Shown piece by piece: positions 19,801-28,612 of a stretch of 64,000 nucleotides of DNA. The notes below the pieces were generated by a model. It ran no database searches. It was given only the letters and a program-made list of their open reading frames with translations, and was not told the origin of the DNA. Numbering within the stretch: the stretch's first letter is position 1; every line of letters begins with the position of its first letter. The position numbers were made by a program, and so were the translations under genes. Source of the stretch: Terriglobia bacterium (lineage in GTDB: Bacteria; Acidobacteriota; Terriglobia; 20CM-2-55-15); NCBI GenBank assembly GCA_965198225.1, contig CBDAOY010000005.1, forward strand, positions 736,001 to 800,000, written 5' to 3'.

Positions 19801-21635
19801 CTGAAACCGAGCCCCCCTGTGCCCGCCACGGTCGTGATCATCCCGGTGGAGTCGATTTTGCGGATACGGTGGTTGTTCATATCAGCGATGTAGAGGTTGC
19901 CCGCTCCGTCCAACGCCACACCCTCGGGCCAGGAGAGCGTCGCCTGAGTCGCCGGTCCTCCGTCCCCGCTGAAATCGCTCTTCCCCGTCCCGGCAATCGT
20001 CGTGATCGTCCCGTTGGAATCGACCTTGAGGATGCGATGGTTGTTCCTATGGGCGATGTAGAGGTTGCCCGCCCTGTCCACCGCCACGCCATCGGGAGAG
20101 GAGAACCACGCCTGGGTTGCCGGACCGCCGTCCCCGCTGAAACCGAATTCCTCCGTGCCCGCCACGGTCGTGATCGTCCCGGTGGAATCGACCTTGCGGA
20201 TCCGGTGGTTGCTGCTGTCGGCAAAGTAGAGGTTGCCCACGCCGTCCACCGCCACGCCATCGGGAGAGTTGAGCTCCGCCTGAGTCGCCGGTCCGCCGTC
20301 CCCGCTGAAACGGAGCTCTCCCGTGCCAGCCACGGTTGTGATCGTTCCGGTGGAATCGATCTTGCGGATGAGGCCGTTGCCGGTATCGGCGATGTAGAGG
20401 TTGCCCGCCCCGTCCACCGCCACGTCCTCGGGAGCGGTGAGCTGTGCCTGGGTTGCCGGCCCGCCGTCTCCGCCGGAACCAATCACCCTCGGTCTCCCTG
20501 CCACGGTCGTGATCGTTCCGGTGGAATCGATCTTGCGGATGAGGCGGTTGCCGGTATCGGCGATATAGAGGTTGCCCGCCCCGTCCGCCGCCACGCCCTC
20601 GGGCCAGGAGAGCGACGCCTGAGTCGCCGCCCCGCCGTCTCCGTGGAAACCACTCGCCCTCGGTCTCCCTGCCACGGTCGTGCCCGTCCCCGCGGAATCG
20701 ACCTTGAGGATGCGGTGGTTGCGCCTGTCGGCGATATAGAGGTTGCCCGCCCCGTCCACCGCCACGCCTGTGGGAGAGTTGAGCGGCGCCCCAGTCGCCG
20801 GGTCTCCATTCCGGAAAAATTCGGAACCCATCCCGCCCGCCACGGTCGTGATTGTCCCGGTGGAGTCGACCTTGCGGATCCGGTCGTTGCGCTCATCGGC
20901 AAAGTAGAGGTTGCCCGTCGCGTCCACCGCCATGCCACGGGGAGAGTCGATCTGCGCCTGAGTCGCCGGTCCGCTGTCACCGCTGATACCGTGCTCCCCC
21001 GTGCCCGCCACGGTCGTGATCGTCCCGTTGGAATCGACCTTGCGGATGCGGTGGTTGCTGCTGTCAGCGATGTAGAGGTTGCCCGCCCCGTCCACCGCCA
21101 CGCCATAGGGAGAGTTGATCTGCGCCTGAGTCGCCGGTCCGCCATCGCCGCTGATACCGCGCTCCCCCGTGCCCGCCACGGTCGTGATCGTCCCGTTGGA
21201 ATCGACCTTGCGGATGCGGTGGTTGCTGCTGTCGGCGATGTAGAGGTTGCCTGCCCCGTCCACCGCCACACCCTCGGGACGGGCGATCCGCGCCTGAGTC
21301 GCAGGGCCGCCGTCCTCAAGCACTCGCTGCCCGGCGAAAGTATCGATTCTATAGCTGGTCTGAAGCTGCGCCCAGGCCACTGGAGTGAGCAGTGCCAGGC
21401 AGCCGATAAGAGAAGTGAACCTGGCCAGGAAACGCCCCCCGGACCGTCCATAGGCCCGACGTGGGCGGGGATTACCGGGCCGGTCCGGGAAGAACTCATC
21501 GGCGGCGCATGCCCGCCCGCCGACGGCAAACGCGTAGACTCGCCAACCGCGCGCTCGCAGCGCTGAAAGTATGCTGGATAATTGAGTCATGGATGAATGT
21601 AGCGTTCTGCGTTCTGCGGTTAGTGTATCGTTCAT
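16899..21635 (-). CDS. Large exported NHL-repeat (teneurin-like) protein with C-terminal beta-rich domains; true start uncertain
   Basis: 18 units of GFSGDGGPA...P.GVAVDGAGNLYIAD..N.RIRKVD. Signal-like segment LLTPVAWAQ; C-terminal FPHFAAGAGWTTQ motif present twice. Confidence 0.88.
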   Translation of the reverse strand: MNDTLTAERRTLHSSMTQLSSILSALRARGWRVYAFAVGGRACAADEFFPDRPGNPRPRRAYGRSGGRFLARFTSLIGCLALLTPVAWAQLQTSYRIDTFAGQRVLEDGGPATQARIARPEGVAVDGAGNLYIADSSNHRIRKVDSNGTITTVAGTGERGISGDGGPATQAQINSPYGVAVDGAGNLYIADSSNHRIRKVDSNGTITTVAGTGEHGISGDSGPATQAQIDSPRGMAVDATGNLYFADERNDRIRKVDSTGTITTVAGGMGSEFFRNGDPATGAPLNSPTGVAVDGAGNLYIADRRNHRILKVDSAGTGTTVAGRPRASGFHGDGGAATQASLSWPEGVAADGAGNLYIADTGNRLIRKIDSTGTITTVAGRPRVIGSGGDGGPATQAQLTAPEDVAVDGAGNLYIADTGNGLIRKIDSTGTITTVAGTGELRFSGDGGPATQAELNSPDGVAVDGVGNLYFADSSNHRIRKVDSTGTITTVAGTEEFGFSGDGGPATQAWFSSPDGVAVDRAGNLYIAHRNNHRILKVDSNGTITTIAGTGKSDFSGDGGPATQATLSWPEGVALDGAGNLYIADMNNHRIRKIDSTGMITTVAGTGGLGFSGDGGPASQAQINSPEGVAVDGAGNLYIADTGNHRLRKVDSTGMITTVAGTGGLGFSGDGGPASQAQINSPEGVAVDGAGNLYIADRGNRIRKVDSTGTITTLAGTGERGFSGDGGPASQAQINTPTGVAVDGAGNLYIADRGNRIRKVDSTGTITTIAGTGKFGFSGDGGPATEAWIELPTGIAVDGAGNLYIADFGNGRIRKVDSTGTITTVAGTGGLGFRGDGGPATEAWIELPTGIAVDGAGNLYFADAVNDRIRKVDSTGTITTVAGTGLRGFSGDGGPASQAPINTPTGIAVDGAGNLYFAETRNHRIRKVDSAGTITTVAGTGRRGFSGDGGPASQAGLNSPYGVAVDGAGNLYITDRNNFRIRKVDSTGMITTVAGTGLRGFSGDGSPASQAQIELPTGVAVDGVGNLYIADAGNFRIRKVDSTGVITTIAGTGERGFSGDGGPASQAQISHIRGVAVDGVGNLYIADAGNYRIRLLSPTGTSATQRFSIPDQGGVSLTSQGASPALVAGYGQVAAGAGMTLPTGLAIFGSRQDGILVSEAGVPAAAAVLEGRIFAETDGALRTGIAMANPNGTAATIGFFFTDSQGIDSGHGTFMLGPREQIAQFLDEDPFNGGDAVWGTFTFSSDLPVAVIALRGFVNERSEFLMTTLPVAPLTVPTPATVYFPHFAAGAGWTTQVILVNPTHAPIQGSVQFLGPGSETANAGPATLTLADGSNGSAFPYAIPPRSATRLQTASPTGPIQTGSVRVVADPGHAAPSGVSIFSYQNAGVTVSEAGVPASISGNAFRVYGETSGTPGQPGSVRSGIALTNTSETATVVSLELTALDGSASGLTESLTLPASGQAARFIDEFFPALATPFSGILRIASPTPDIAVVGLRLTTNQRFDIVVTTTPPADENAAAHASDLFFPHFVDSGGWTTQFVLFSGTAGQTSSGSIRFTGQNGQPLELAVEPTTPPASP
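18350..21330 (-). repeat. Intragenic tandem array of 18 ~168-bp NHL repeat units
   Basis: Recurring GTAGAGGTTGCCCGCCCCGTCCACCGC at ~165-171 bp spacing; some adjacent units nearly identical. Confidence 0.9.
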
Positions 21636-21939
21636 GGTTTTGATCTGTTGTTAAACTCTCACCGGAATATTCCGGTTTTTTCCGCTGCACATCCATTCCC
21701 GCGCCCAGGGCTCGGAGCTTCTCTCGCCTCCGGACCGCGTCTTTGAGGAGATTTCGTCTGGACCTCGGGGCGCTATCATCCTGGACCCGGAGCAATTGTG
21801 CGCACTACCCCGGCTTTTCAAGAGTCCTCACTTGAAGAGTCAAACCTGTTTCACGATGCCGGCACTTTGCCAGCTACCGGTGACCGCTGCTGCGGGAGAA
21901 TTCTGGCGGGAACCCCGGAGGGCTGGGCCGGATCCGTAA

Positions 21940-22290
21940 GGGCGGGAATTCCTATCTACCGGATGTTCTTGTGGTCGGCGCACGGACACAGTATCACGTC
22001 GGCGACTCTGCTGAAGTGGAGGCTCCGCATTCATGAAGAATGCGGGCATAACCAGGCGGCGGTGGCGCTCGCCAACAAGCTGTGCCGACGATCTGCGCCG
22101 CCTGGAAGCGCGATTCCGACTATCCGGAGGCCAGACCGGATTTCGTTGCAGCAGGCCGCACTGACGTTCCTGTGCTGGCGTATCGGTCGGTCGGCGCGGG
22201 CACACGCCGACAAACTTCAGGCCCCTTCGGGGCTGTCATTTGACGCCTGGCGCCGCGTGCGACCTTGCATCGTGGCCTGAAATCCTACAA
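21940..22290 (+). mobile_element. Remnant of a third IS1111 element: transposase C-terminus plus bridge-RNA scaffold
   Basis: FLWSAH...LLKWRLRIHEECGHNQAAVALANKLCR resembles the IS #1 transposase end. 22181-22278 aligns with 10064-10161. Confidence 0.72.
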
Positions 22291-22330
22291 TTCCACTGGA
22301 GCGGCTGGAGCTGCGGATGCAGTCGTCGGC

Positions 22331-22672
22331 CAATACCTCGGCCACGCTGCGCTGAAGGGCCCGATCTTGAACACAGGGCACGCCCAGGGGACGTTTCTCC
22401 TGCTTGCCGGGCTTGGGGATATACACCCGCCGAATCGGCGGAGCGCGATATCCCTTCTGGTGAACAGACTGGAGCATTGGCTCCACCCAGACTCCGAATT
22501 CCTCCTTCGCCTCCGGTACCCTCTGACCATCACATCCGGGAGCCGTGTTGCGGGGCACTTGACACAGGTTCTTCCACACACGCTCTCGGGTGACATGATG
22601 CGCCAGTGACGTGAACCGGAGCTTTGGCTCACTCCGAGCTTTCGCCGCTATTCGTTCCAGTTTCGTTTCCAT
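22331..22672 (-). pseudogene. ltrA: N-terminal fragment of the intron B reverse transcriptase
   Basis: METKLERIAAKARSEPKLRFTSLAHHV...APGCDG...RRVYIPKPGKQEKRPLGVPCVQDRALQ, then homology breaks. Confidence 0.85.
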
Positions 22673-22798
22673 GACTGGTTGTTCCTCTCGTTGCATAGAG
22701 GACCGTATCCTCCCGTTGCATGGAGCTCATGTTTCCCAAGAACGAGTCCACTTCTGCTGGCCGCTTCCCCATGTGATCGGCTCTCCCGACCTCGGAGT

Positions 22799-23704
22799 GT
22801 AGAGTCGAAAGTGGTCGGGCCGATCGGCCCTTCCACCGTCCGCTCAATCAAACGGCTCGTGCGGTTTTCCCGCAAGCCGCTTTCCTCAGTTGCTCCTCGT
22901 TCGGAATTCGCTGTGTGGCGGCAGGTGGCGGCTTCGTTCGTACCGCGTTTGGGTCTTTCGCTAAGGGAACTATCCAATTCCACGATATCTCCGCGTTTCC
23001 CATCGCTCGCACATTCACGACTGAGTACGGGGACTTCCCCCTCCAACGGGCCTTTTGGACCCGCCAGCGCCGCTGCTCGAAGCAACGATCCGAGACCTTA
23101 TGTTTGCCGTCTCGTTCCTGAGTACTATTCCCCGATCCGATTCCTGACACCGCGTCGGCCGGAATTTCGCTCTCGCTTATATCCGCACCTACCGCGCAGG
23201 GCTCTAGGTCGATGTTTGTCTTCTCGGTTGCCCGCCCTTTCGTCTGCGGGTGCCACATCATCTCGACCTTACCTTCCGCTCGGACGATACCAGGCCTCCC
23301 TGGGTCACTCGCGTCTCTTCTCCACCGTGTCGCCCGCACACACCTTGGTGCGATGGGGTGGAACCAATGCGCCTTCGCCCCAATAGTGCGGGCTCGACCA
23401 TTCCCCATCTTTGGCCGACCGGTTCATCCTCGGGATGGCTCCCGTCGATTACGACCCGGTGGTTCTCCTCATGCCCTTCAGACCCCACCTCGCGGTGGGC
23501 GCCCTGCCCTCCAAAGTTTCCGTAGCTGGCTCCAGCTTTGCCTTGGCCGTATCCGGCTTTCGCCTTCGTGCCCGTTTAGGCATCTGCACTACCTGTCTAC
23601 ACTTCGGCCAGTGAGGCATTACCCCCACTTGTTGGATATCGACCCGTGGCCTCGGGCCGAGCGGGACTTTAACCCGCCGGAAACGCGTGCTGCCAGGCAC
23701 GCAC
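22799..23704 (-). mobile_element. ORF-less group II intron C nested in intron B
   Basis: 5' (GT)GCGTGCCTGGCAGCACGCG at 23704/23702; domain V AAGCGGCTTGCGGGAAAACCGCACGAGCCGTTT; 3' ...TTCGACTCTAC at 22799. About 0.9 kb, no RT ORF. Confidence 0.78.
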
Positions 23705-24168
23705 TATCAGCCAGTCTGACTTCCGACAGGCCTTCGGGTCTTCCTCGCGTTGTTGGCTTGTCCAACCCTACAAGCTCCGCTTGAACCTGACGGATCTCCC
23801 TTGTTCCCATGAAATCCTTGGTTGCATGCCGGCGGTACGAACCCCGGAAGGTTGCCATTGCGTGCCCTGCGATTCCGCCTTCCCCGGCGGTACGAACCCC
23901 GGAAGCACCCCAGGGCACGCCATTGCGTGCCCTGCGATTCCGCCTTCCCCCAGCGACAGGGTCGGCTACTTCAACCACGTTCGATCAACCACGTTCGATT
24001 TCGGGGCTATCTTTCCGTTCACTGGTGTTCCGGCCTACTCCCTCCCTGTCTACGCTTCGCAGTGTCCGTCACCGACCACCACGCAAGACTCGGTACGTGG
24101 CTGCCGGCTAGGCTCTGCCACGGCCGCCATCTCAGGCGACTGGATCTCATGCGCTTGCAAGGCGCAAC

Positions 24169-26050
24169 GCTCATCGAACCGGACATGCAGATTTCCCGCA
24201 TCCGGCTCTCGGACGAGATCATGCCTTCGCCCACGGAAAGCTCGCCGTACGCGGCGCAAGATGCGTGAGCCCGTAATCGGACCAGAGCCGCTCGACCGGG
24301 AAGCGCACGTGTTTCCCGGTCCGCACCTTGTGCTTACGGCAGAGCCACTGGCGCAGCCGCCGAGTTGCGTGCCGGTCAATCGCCTCGTAGGCCGGGCTGA
24401 CCTGTCCCAGGGTGAAGTAGTTCGCCCAACCGGTCAGCAACCGGTTGAGGCGTCCCACTACGACCTCCGGCGGCAGGAGCGCGTGACGCGGCGTGGTCAA
24501 CTCGCTCACACGACGGCAGATGCTCTGGACGCTTTCCCGGCTCGGACGTGTGCCTATGTAGGCGGCACCCGTGTCCGGCCGGTAGTTGCAACCAATCCGG
24601 TAGCCGAGGAACGTCATCGATTCCTCCGGCACCCGGCAGCAGCGGGTCTTCTCAACGTTCATCGCCAACTTCAGACGTTTTATCAGGGCTTCGACCGCCG
24701 CTAGCATTACCGCTGCCGGCGCGCGACCGAGAACCGCGAAGTCATCCGCGTAGTTGACGATTTCCGCCTTGAAGTGCCGGGCGTAGCCCAGCACCTTCCA
24801 GCCCAGAATGAAGCGCCGCATGTAGATGTTGCTGAACAGCGGCGAGATCGGAGACCCTTGCGGGGTCCCCTTCCGCTCGTGACGCGCCCGGTTCGTGCGG
24901 CGGCGACCGCCGCGCCCGTCGTCCTCTTCCACCGCCATCTCCAGCCACGCCTTGACCCAGCCCAACAGCCGCCCGTCGCTCACGCGCCGGGCGATGGACT
25001 TCATCAGGTCCGCGTGCGGAATCTGGCCGAAGTAGTCCGACAGGTCGGCGTCCACCACCTCCCGGTGGCCCGTCCTCAGCAGCCGATGCACGCGCCTGAT
25101 TGCGTCATGCGCGTCTCGGCCCGGCCGGTACGCATACTGCTCCGGTTGCAGGTCGGCTTCGAAGATCGGCGATAACACCAGCATCGCCGCCGTCTGCACC
25201 ACCCGATCCCGGAGACACGGAATGCCCAACGGCCGGAACTTCCCTCGTTGCTTCTTCGGGATGAGAACCTGCCGAACCGCATGCGGCCGATAGGTCCCTT
25301 CCTTCAGGTCCCGCGCCAGTGCTCCCAGCCACCGGTCTACCCCAAGCGCCTCGATGTCTCCGACCGTCTCGCCGTCCACCCCGGCCGCGCCGCCGTTGCG
25401 GCGCACGGCCTGCCAGGCGACTGCGAGCACGTCGTCGCGCCACACCTTGTCGCTCAGAGAGTAGAACCGGAAGCCCAGAGCTTCCTTCGCTTTCGCATGT
25501 AGCGCCGTCTGGAGTCGCTGAACTCTCTCCGAGGCTGTTAGGCTCTCGCCAGTCCTCATGTCCCTTCCTCCGTCATGCGCTGCTCTCGAACTGAGGTCCC
25601 TTCCCTCCACCGGCATTACCCGGCTTCCCTGGTACTGCGGACCTCTCCGCCACCCTGTCGGCCCAACCTGACCCTCGCGGGCTGTCGGTTGGCGCATGCC
25701 ACGCCACCGGCAGGGCTTCCCGTGTTGCGTCCATCCCCCCCTTCCACACGTGCCGCCGCTACTACCCCGGCGGAACCGGTCGGTGCTCGCGTCGCTCGCT
25801 TCCCGACCGCTGGCAGCCTTCCCCGTATTCCGGGCGGATCGGCTTCCGCATCGCTTCGTTACGAGGCCTGCGCAGCGTTCACATCGTTGCGGCCCGCGTG
25901 GTCGCTGAACCGCCCAGGGCGGCCCTTTGTCATCGGAGTGCTTCAGCCGATGTCGTTACCTCCATCGTCCGCTCCGACTGCTACCGGCTGGAGCGACAGT
26001 TGCCGGGCGGGGTTCGCACCCGCTGGGGAATGGCGCCTTTCACGGCGCAC
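24169..26050 (-). mobile_element. Group II intron copy A2 (domains I-V; domain VI displaced by intron B)
   Basis: Canonical 5' GTGCGCCGTG at 26050; domain V GAGCCGGATGCGGGAAATCTGCATGTCCGGTTC; near-identical RT to A1. Confidence 0.9.
24219..25559 (-). CDS. ltrA: Group II intron reverse transcriptase/maturase
   Basis: Same motifs as 7455-8795 (YADD, GTPQG, GWANYF), with few substitutions. Confidence 0.92.
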   Translation of the reverse strand: MRTGESLTASERVQRLQTALHAKAKEALGFRFYSLSDKVWRDDVLAVAWQAVRRNGGAAGVDGETVGDIEALGVDRWLGALARDLKEGTYRPHAVRQVLIPKKQRGKFRPLGIPCLRDRVVQTAAMLVLSPIFEADLQPEQYAYRPGRDAHDAIRRVHRLLRTGHREVVDADLSDYFGQIPHADLMKSIARRVSDGRLLGWVKAWLEMAVEEDDGRGGRRRTNRARHERKGTPQGSPISPLFSNIYMRRFILGWKVLGYARHFKAEIVNYADDFAVLGRAPAAVMLAAVEALIKRLKLAMNVEKTRCCRVPEESMTFLGYRIGCNYRPDTGAAYIGTRPSRESVQSICRRVSELTTPRHALLPPEVVVGRLNRLLTGWANYFTLGQVSPAYEAIDRHATRRLRQWLCRKHKVRTGKHVRFPVERLWSDYGLTHLAPRTASFPWAKA

Positions 26051-26427
26051 CAAAATCCAACGCTAAGGGTTGTCGCCTAGTGTCCTTAGCGGTCTCAATG
26101 CGGCTCCGTGGAGGTCCTCGTCCAAGTCGAAGCGGGTACTTCCCGTAGGGGTTGAGGTGGCCGTAGAGCGCTGCCGGCGTTGGTCTGAAGCCAAGTCTGG
26201 AGTTCGGGCTCCTGAGAATCGGAGGTTTTGGCGGCTCGTGGATACCCGGAGATAGACGGCGATGGCCCGGAGGTTCACCCGACCATTACTCTGGGGCTCA
26301 CAGAAACCCCAAAGAATCACGACATAGCCCAATTATTTCAACGAACCCTTCAAGTCGGACACTGCCTGATCGCTTCAGGTCCAGCAGCCCTTAGCGTTGG
26401 ATTTTGCACCGTTGCTATCGTAACCCC
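26051..26427. mobile_element. Minimal Tn3-family element (MITE-like) with resolvase fragment
   Basis: Right 38-bp IR reads GGGGTTACGATAGCAACGGTGCAAAATCCAACGCTAAG (26427-26390). Left IR retains only CAAAATCCAACGCTAAG (26051-26067). Internal AVYLRVSTSRQ fragment. Confidence 0.75.
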
Positions 26428-26480
26428 TATAACTTGAAAACCGTCTCTTAGAAAAACGGCTCTTCTGTCCGAATTACTCT

Positions 26481-26770
26481 TGTACCGCCCCTGATTTCCT
26501 GGACAGATTCACAACGCCATAATCAAGCCGCCGGTTCGATGGCAAGACGATGTCTGGCCTGAACCGGGGACTGGAAGCCAAGGCGCTGGATCAGCAAGTG
26601 AGTGATGGTTCTAGAGCACTCGGAATTCCTCCAGTGCCGGGGCCAGTTCCTCGACGGACCGGAAGTGCCGGATCCAGAGCAGTTGCTCCTTGAGCGTCCT
26701 GAAGAAGCGTTCGATACGTCCATTGCCTTCCCGCTCGCCCCGAAGGTGCTCCATGCCATCCACGGCAGGA
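26481..26770 (-). pseudogene. IS3-family remnant (integrase C-terminus and right end)
   Basis: EGNGRIERFFRTLKEQLLWIRHFRSVEEL, RLGFQSP, end ...CTGTCCAGGAAATCAGGGGCGGTACA. Confidence 0.65.
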
Positions 26771-26801
26771 AGAGCTATCGTTTTCTAGCTCCTGGGTAAT
26801 C

Positions 26802-27026
26802 CTATGCTTCAAGGAATTCTTCTGTTGTTACACCTGCTTGCTTCAGAACCGCCGATAACGTTCCTTCCGGCAAATCTCCAGGGTGATTGGGAACAGTGGT
26901 TCGACGGCGCGTAGTAGGATTCCACCAGATCTCGTGACTTCCTCGTGCTTGCCGGTCGAACTCAAACCCCAACCGCCGCAATTTGCGGGTCACCTGGCGG
27001 CCAGTACAACCTGCCAGCCGACCCAT
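26802..27026 (-). CDS. hicA: HicA family toxin (mRNA interferase)
   Basis: LRRLGFEFDRQARGSHEIW...TVPNHPGDLPEGTLSAVLKQAG. Confidence 0.9.
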   Translation of the reverse strand: MGRLAGCTGRQVTRKLRRLGFEFDRQARGSHEIWWNPTTRRRTTVPNHPGDLPEGTLSAVLKQAGVTTEEFLEA

Positions 27027-27271
27027 CAGCCGCTTACGGGAACGTCTAACTCAACGATCTCCGCATCCATGGCATGCAGCCCCTTCGGAAGAAGATCGCC
27101 ATGTTCCCGGTAGGATTCGATGAGTTTCCTTGCCACATCTCTAGCAATTTCAACCGCTTCAGCCACGGTTCTCCCTTGAGCGACCAGACCAGGAAGATCA
27201 TCTGAGGTAGCGAGGTGCTGGCCATTTTCGACTCGCCTGATCTGAAGATGCAGCCGATATTCCTCTACCAT
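27026..27271 (-). CDS. hicB: HicB-like antitoxin (short, no DNA-binding domain)
   Basis: LATSDDLPGLVAQGRTVAEAVEIARDVA. Stop overlaps the hicA start. Confidence 0.85.
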   Translation of the reverse strand: MVEEYRLHLQIRRVENGQHLATSDDLPGLVAQGRTVAEAVEIARDVARKLIESYREHGDLLPKGLHAMDAEIVELDVPVSG

Positions 27272-27435
27272 CTTTTGCGCTCCTTTCTCCAAGATTCCGC
27301 CGGTTGCTGGACACGAGTGCCGTGGCCGTTCCCCTTCCATTTTCTCTCAAATCGAAATCCTTTCAACGATATTGCGGGGCACACTTTTGGCCACTTTCTA
27401 AGCGCGCTTAAAGCGACTACAGTGATTGGAGGAGT

Positions 27436-27640
27436 GATGTGGGACGATTTAGCGCGGCTGCCACGGATCAGGACTGCGGATAAGTTCCGAAATCTCGCCA
27501 TAGATCCTGCCGGGAAATACCTGTACGCGACCAATTTGAACGCTGGAAGCGTTGTCGTCATCGATATATTGACGGGCAAGAAAATCAACGAGATTCAGAA
27601 CGTGGGCGAGACGCCTGGATACATGATCGTTGCACCCTGA
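27436..27640 (+). pseudogene. C-terminal fragment of a YVTN/YncE-like beta-propeller
   Basis: LAIDPAGKYLYATNLNAGSVVVIDILTGKKINEIQNVGETPGYM. Confidence 0.55.
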
Positions 27641-27885
27641 AGTCACGGCTCTCCCCGCTAGTGCTTATGGCGTCATACCCACGGGCCGGGTCACGTACTT
27701 TCCTCCCGCTGCGCGCCGACCATTGTTTCCCGGTCCTGTACGGTCCCACCTATGGATCGGCACGGCCGGGGCGACCCCAAATGCCTTCGCGCTCCGGCTG
27801 GGACAAAGAGGGAAGTCTTACCGAATAAGGTTTCGCGCGGACCGGAGAGAAGGAATGAGGTTGGTAACCGACAAATGAGGGCACT

Positions 27886-28273
27886 ATGATCCGATCGATT
27901 CTGGCCACCCTCCTTTGTCTGCTGGTAGTTACCCCTGCGGGGATGGCACAGCAACCTTTGGCGGAACCGCAGGTAGGATCAATTTCAGGCGTGACCCTGG
28001 ACTCCGGGGGTCAGCCTGTCCGGGGTGCGAGACTAGTTCTCACCCGACTAGACTAGAAAGTCGGGCCGAGTGGGACACAAGAAGCGGGGCGGGGGGCGTT
28101 TTCGGATTGAGGAACTCGAGCCCGGGCGCTACCGACTTCAGGCTCAACACGCGGCCTACGTGCCACAACAATACGGACAAACGACACCGGATCGGCCAAC
28201 CGCGACTATCGACGTCACTCTAGATCAGCCAGTTCCACACGTCGTGTTTCCGCTGATGCGGGCTGGCGTCTGA
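27886..28273 (+). pseudogene. Carboxypeptidase-regulatory-like domain protein, disrupted
   Basis: Signal peptide, GSISGVTLDSGGQPVPGARLVL, in-frame TAG and frameshift, then GRFRIEELEPGRYRLQA. Confidence 0.6.
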
Positions 28274-28612
28274 GAGTGAAATCGTAGGTCTTCATGCTGA
28301 TAGAAATGCCTATTCGGAAGATAGAAACAAAGTCTTAGACGGATCAGCACGCCAGGCGCAGACTAAGCGGTAGGAGGTCGTCAATGTTACGAAGCAAGTA
28401 TCGTGGGCTGCCAGTCGTTGCAGTCTGCACGACGATCGTGGGGGTTCTCGCCATCCGCGCCACAGCTCACACACAACAGTCCGAGCTGTCAAGCTTCGCT
28501 CCTGTCCAGGAGCTACCCTCAAAAGGTGTGTAAATAGCATAGGCGGTGATTATCCTTCCGGGTGAAATAAAAACCCGGGCGGAAGAGCCCGAAAGGAAGG
28601 AGTCACACCGCC

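Larger units (their letters stand above)
22331..24168 (-). mobile_element. Group II intron B, 3'-truncated, inserted just after domain V of intron A2
   Basis: 5' end (G)TTGCGCCTTGCAAGCGCATG at 24168. Domain III GGAAGTCAGACTGGCTGATA..ACTCCGAGGTCGGGAGAGCC is split by intron C. RT start follows. Confidence 0.78.

Noticed and set aside
18350-21330. NHL repeats as DGR template/variable repeats
   Set aside because: Differences between units are not confined to adenines, and the units are in-frame protein repeats.
17724-21566. 1280-aa plus-strand ORF and other long overlapping ORFs
   Set aside because: Antisense shadow of the GC-rich NHL repeat gene.
7455-25559. Reverse transcriptases as retron, DGR or defence RTs
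   Set aside because: All carry group II intron motifs and flanking ribozyme domains; no TR/VR pair with adenine-specific differences or msr/msd was seen.
7295-26050. Assigning intron classes and EBS/IBS pairings
   Set aside because: Could not be done reliably by eye; needs RT phylogeny and folding.
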